Below, piece after piece: positions 23,772 to 24,000 of a stretch of 24,000 bases of DNA. Where the stretch lies: NCBI RefSeq assembly GCF_001672295.1, contig NZ_JXMS01000024.1:18173-42172 (forward strand). Direction: 5' to 3'. The position numbers and the translations under genes are program-made. Position 1 is the first letter of the stretch, and the number at the start of each line of letters is the position of its first letter. The notes under the pieces were generated by a model, which did no database searches, was not told where the DNA came from, and worked only from the letters and a program-made list of their open reading frames with translations. This stretch comes from Halodesulfovibrio spirochaetisodalis (GTDB lineage: Bacteria; Desulfobacterota; Desulfovibrionia; Desulfovibrionales; Desulfovibrionaceae).

Positions 23772-24000
23772 CTACTGTTTTAATTCAGCAACAAGCCCCT
23801 TAAGTTGCAAAGCAACTGAAGAAAGCTCTTTAACCGCAACTGAAGACTCTTGTATTCCAGCAGTCGTTTCCGCAACCACCACATTTACTTCTTCAAGTGC
23901 TCTGTTAATTTCTTCTGAAGTAGCAGATTGCTGCTCGGCTGCCGTTGCGATGCTGCTAATCAGGATGGATCCTTCCGCAGACATGTCTACAATTGCCTGT
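23772..24000 (-). CDS. Methyl-accepting chemotaxis protein, C-terminal part (gene continues beyond the window)
   Basis: IATAAEQQSATSEEINRALEEVN and the following coiled-coil are typical of the MCP signalling-domain C-terminus. The reading frame stays open to the window edge. Confidence 0.8.
   Translation of the reverse strand, partial: QAIVDMSAEGSILISSIATAAEQQSATSEEINRALEEVNVVVAETTAGIQESSVAVKELSSVALQLKGLVAELKQ

Noticed and set aside
1-24000. Looked for tRNA or rRNA genes, CRISPR repeat-spacer arrays, IS or transposase or integrase genes, long direct or inverted terminal repeats, and phage-defence gene signatures.
   Set aside because: - No periodic repeat-spacer pattern is visible.
- No ORF has transposase, recombinase, nuclease or defence-type motifs.
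- Composition is fairly uniform apart from the 15522-15746 spacer.
- The window looks like core chromosome.

Overview
This is an ordinary chromosomal window with 25 supportable protein-coding genes. I found no rRNA, tRNA, CRISPR array, transposase or integrase. Gene content suggests a sulfate-reducing Desulfovibrionaceae-type deltaproteobacterium, but that is context inference, not a database hit.

Gene order, left to right:
- A FrdX-like 4Fe-4S protein (the expected hcp would lie off-window), a small Cys-rich secreted protein, and a Crp/Fnr (HcpR-like) regulator.
- A small acidic hypothetical protein.
- A minus-strand locus: ureohydrolase (agmatinase family), then a sodium:solute symporter, then after a terminator a PAS/sigma-54 activator. 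It is driven by a clear -24/-12 promoter with three TATTCA-N4-TGAATA palindromes upstream.
- gltX, a NifU-like protein, and a MATE exporter followed by a stand-alone DUF2156 (MprF C-terminal-like) protein.
- birA, divergent from a long biotin operon, with an E. coli-type BirA operator between them.
- A TrmB-family regulator followed by a LysA-like decarboxylase.
- A SlyD-like FKBP isomerase and the 3' end of a chemoreceptor gene.

The most interesting feature is the biotin operon: bioB-bioA-[hotdog, SDR ketoreductase-like, atypical ACP, KAS I/II-like synthase, second hotdog]-bioF-bioD. A tightly coupled, private fatty-acid-synthase-like module sits where the pimeloyl-thioester genes (bioC/bioH, bioW, bioI or bioZ) would be expected. 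The two hotdog proteins appear to carry complementary halves of a FabZ active site. A 225-nt GC-rich, structure-prone spacer separates bioA from the module.

Several ORF-track starts are TTG or GTG over-extensions. I re-called them at downstream ATG or GTG codons that have good Shine-Dalgarno sequences.
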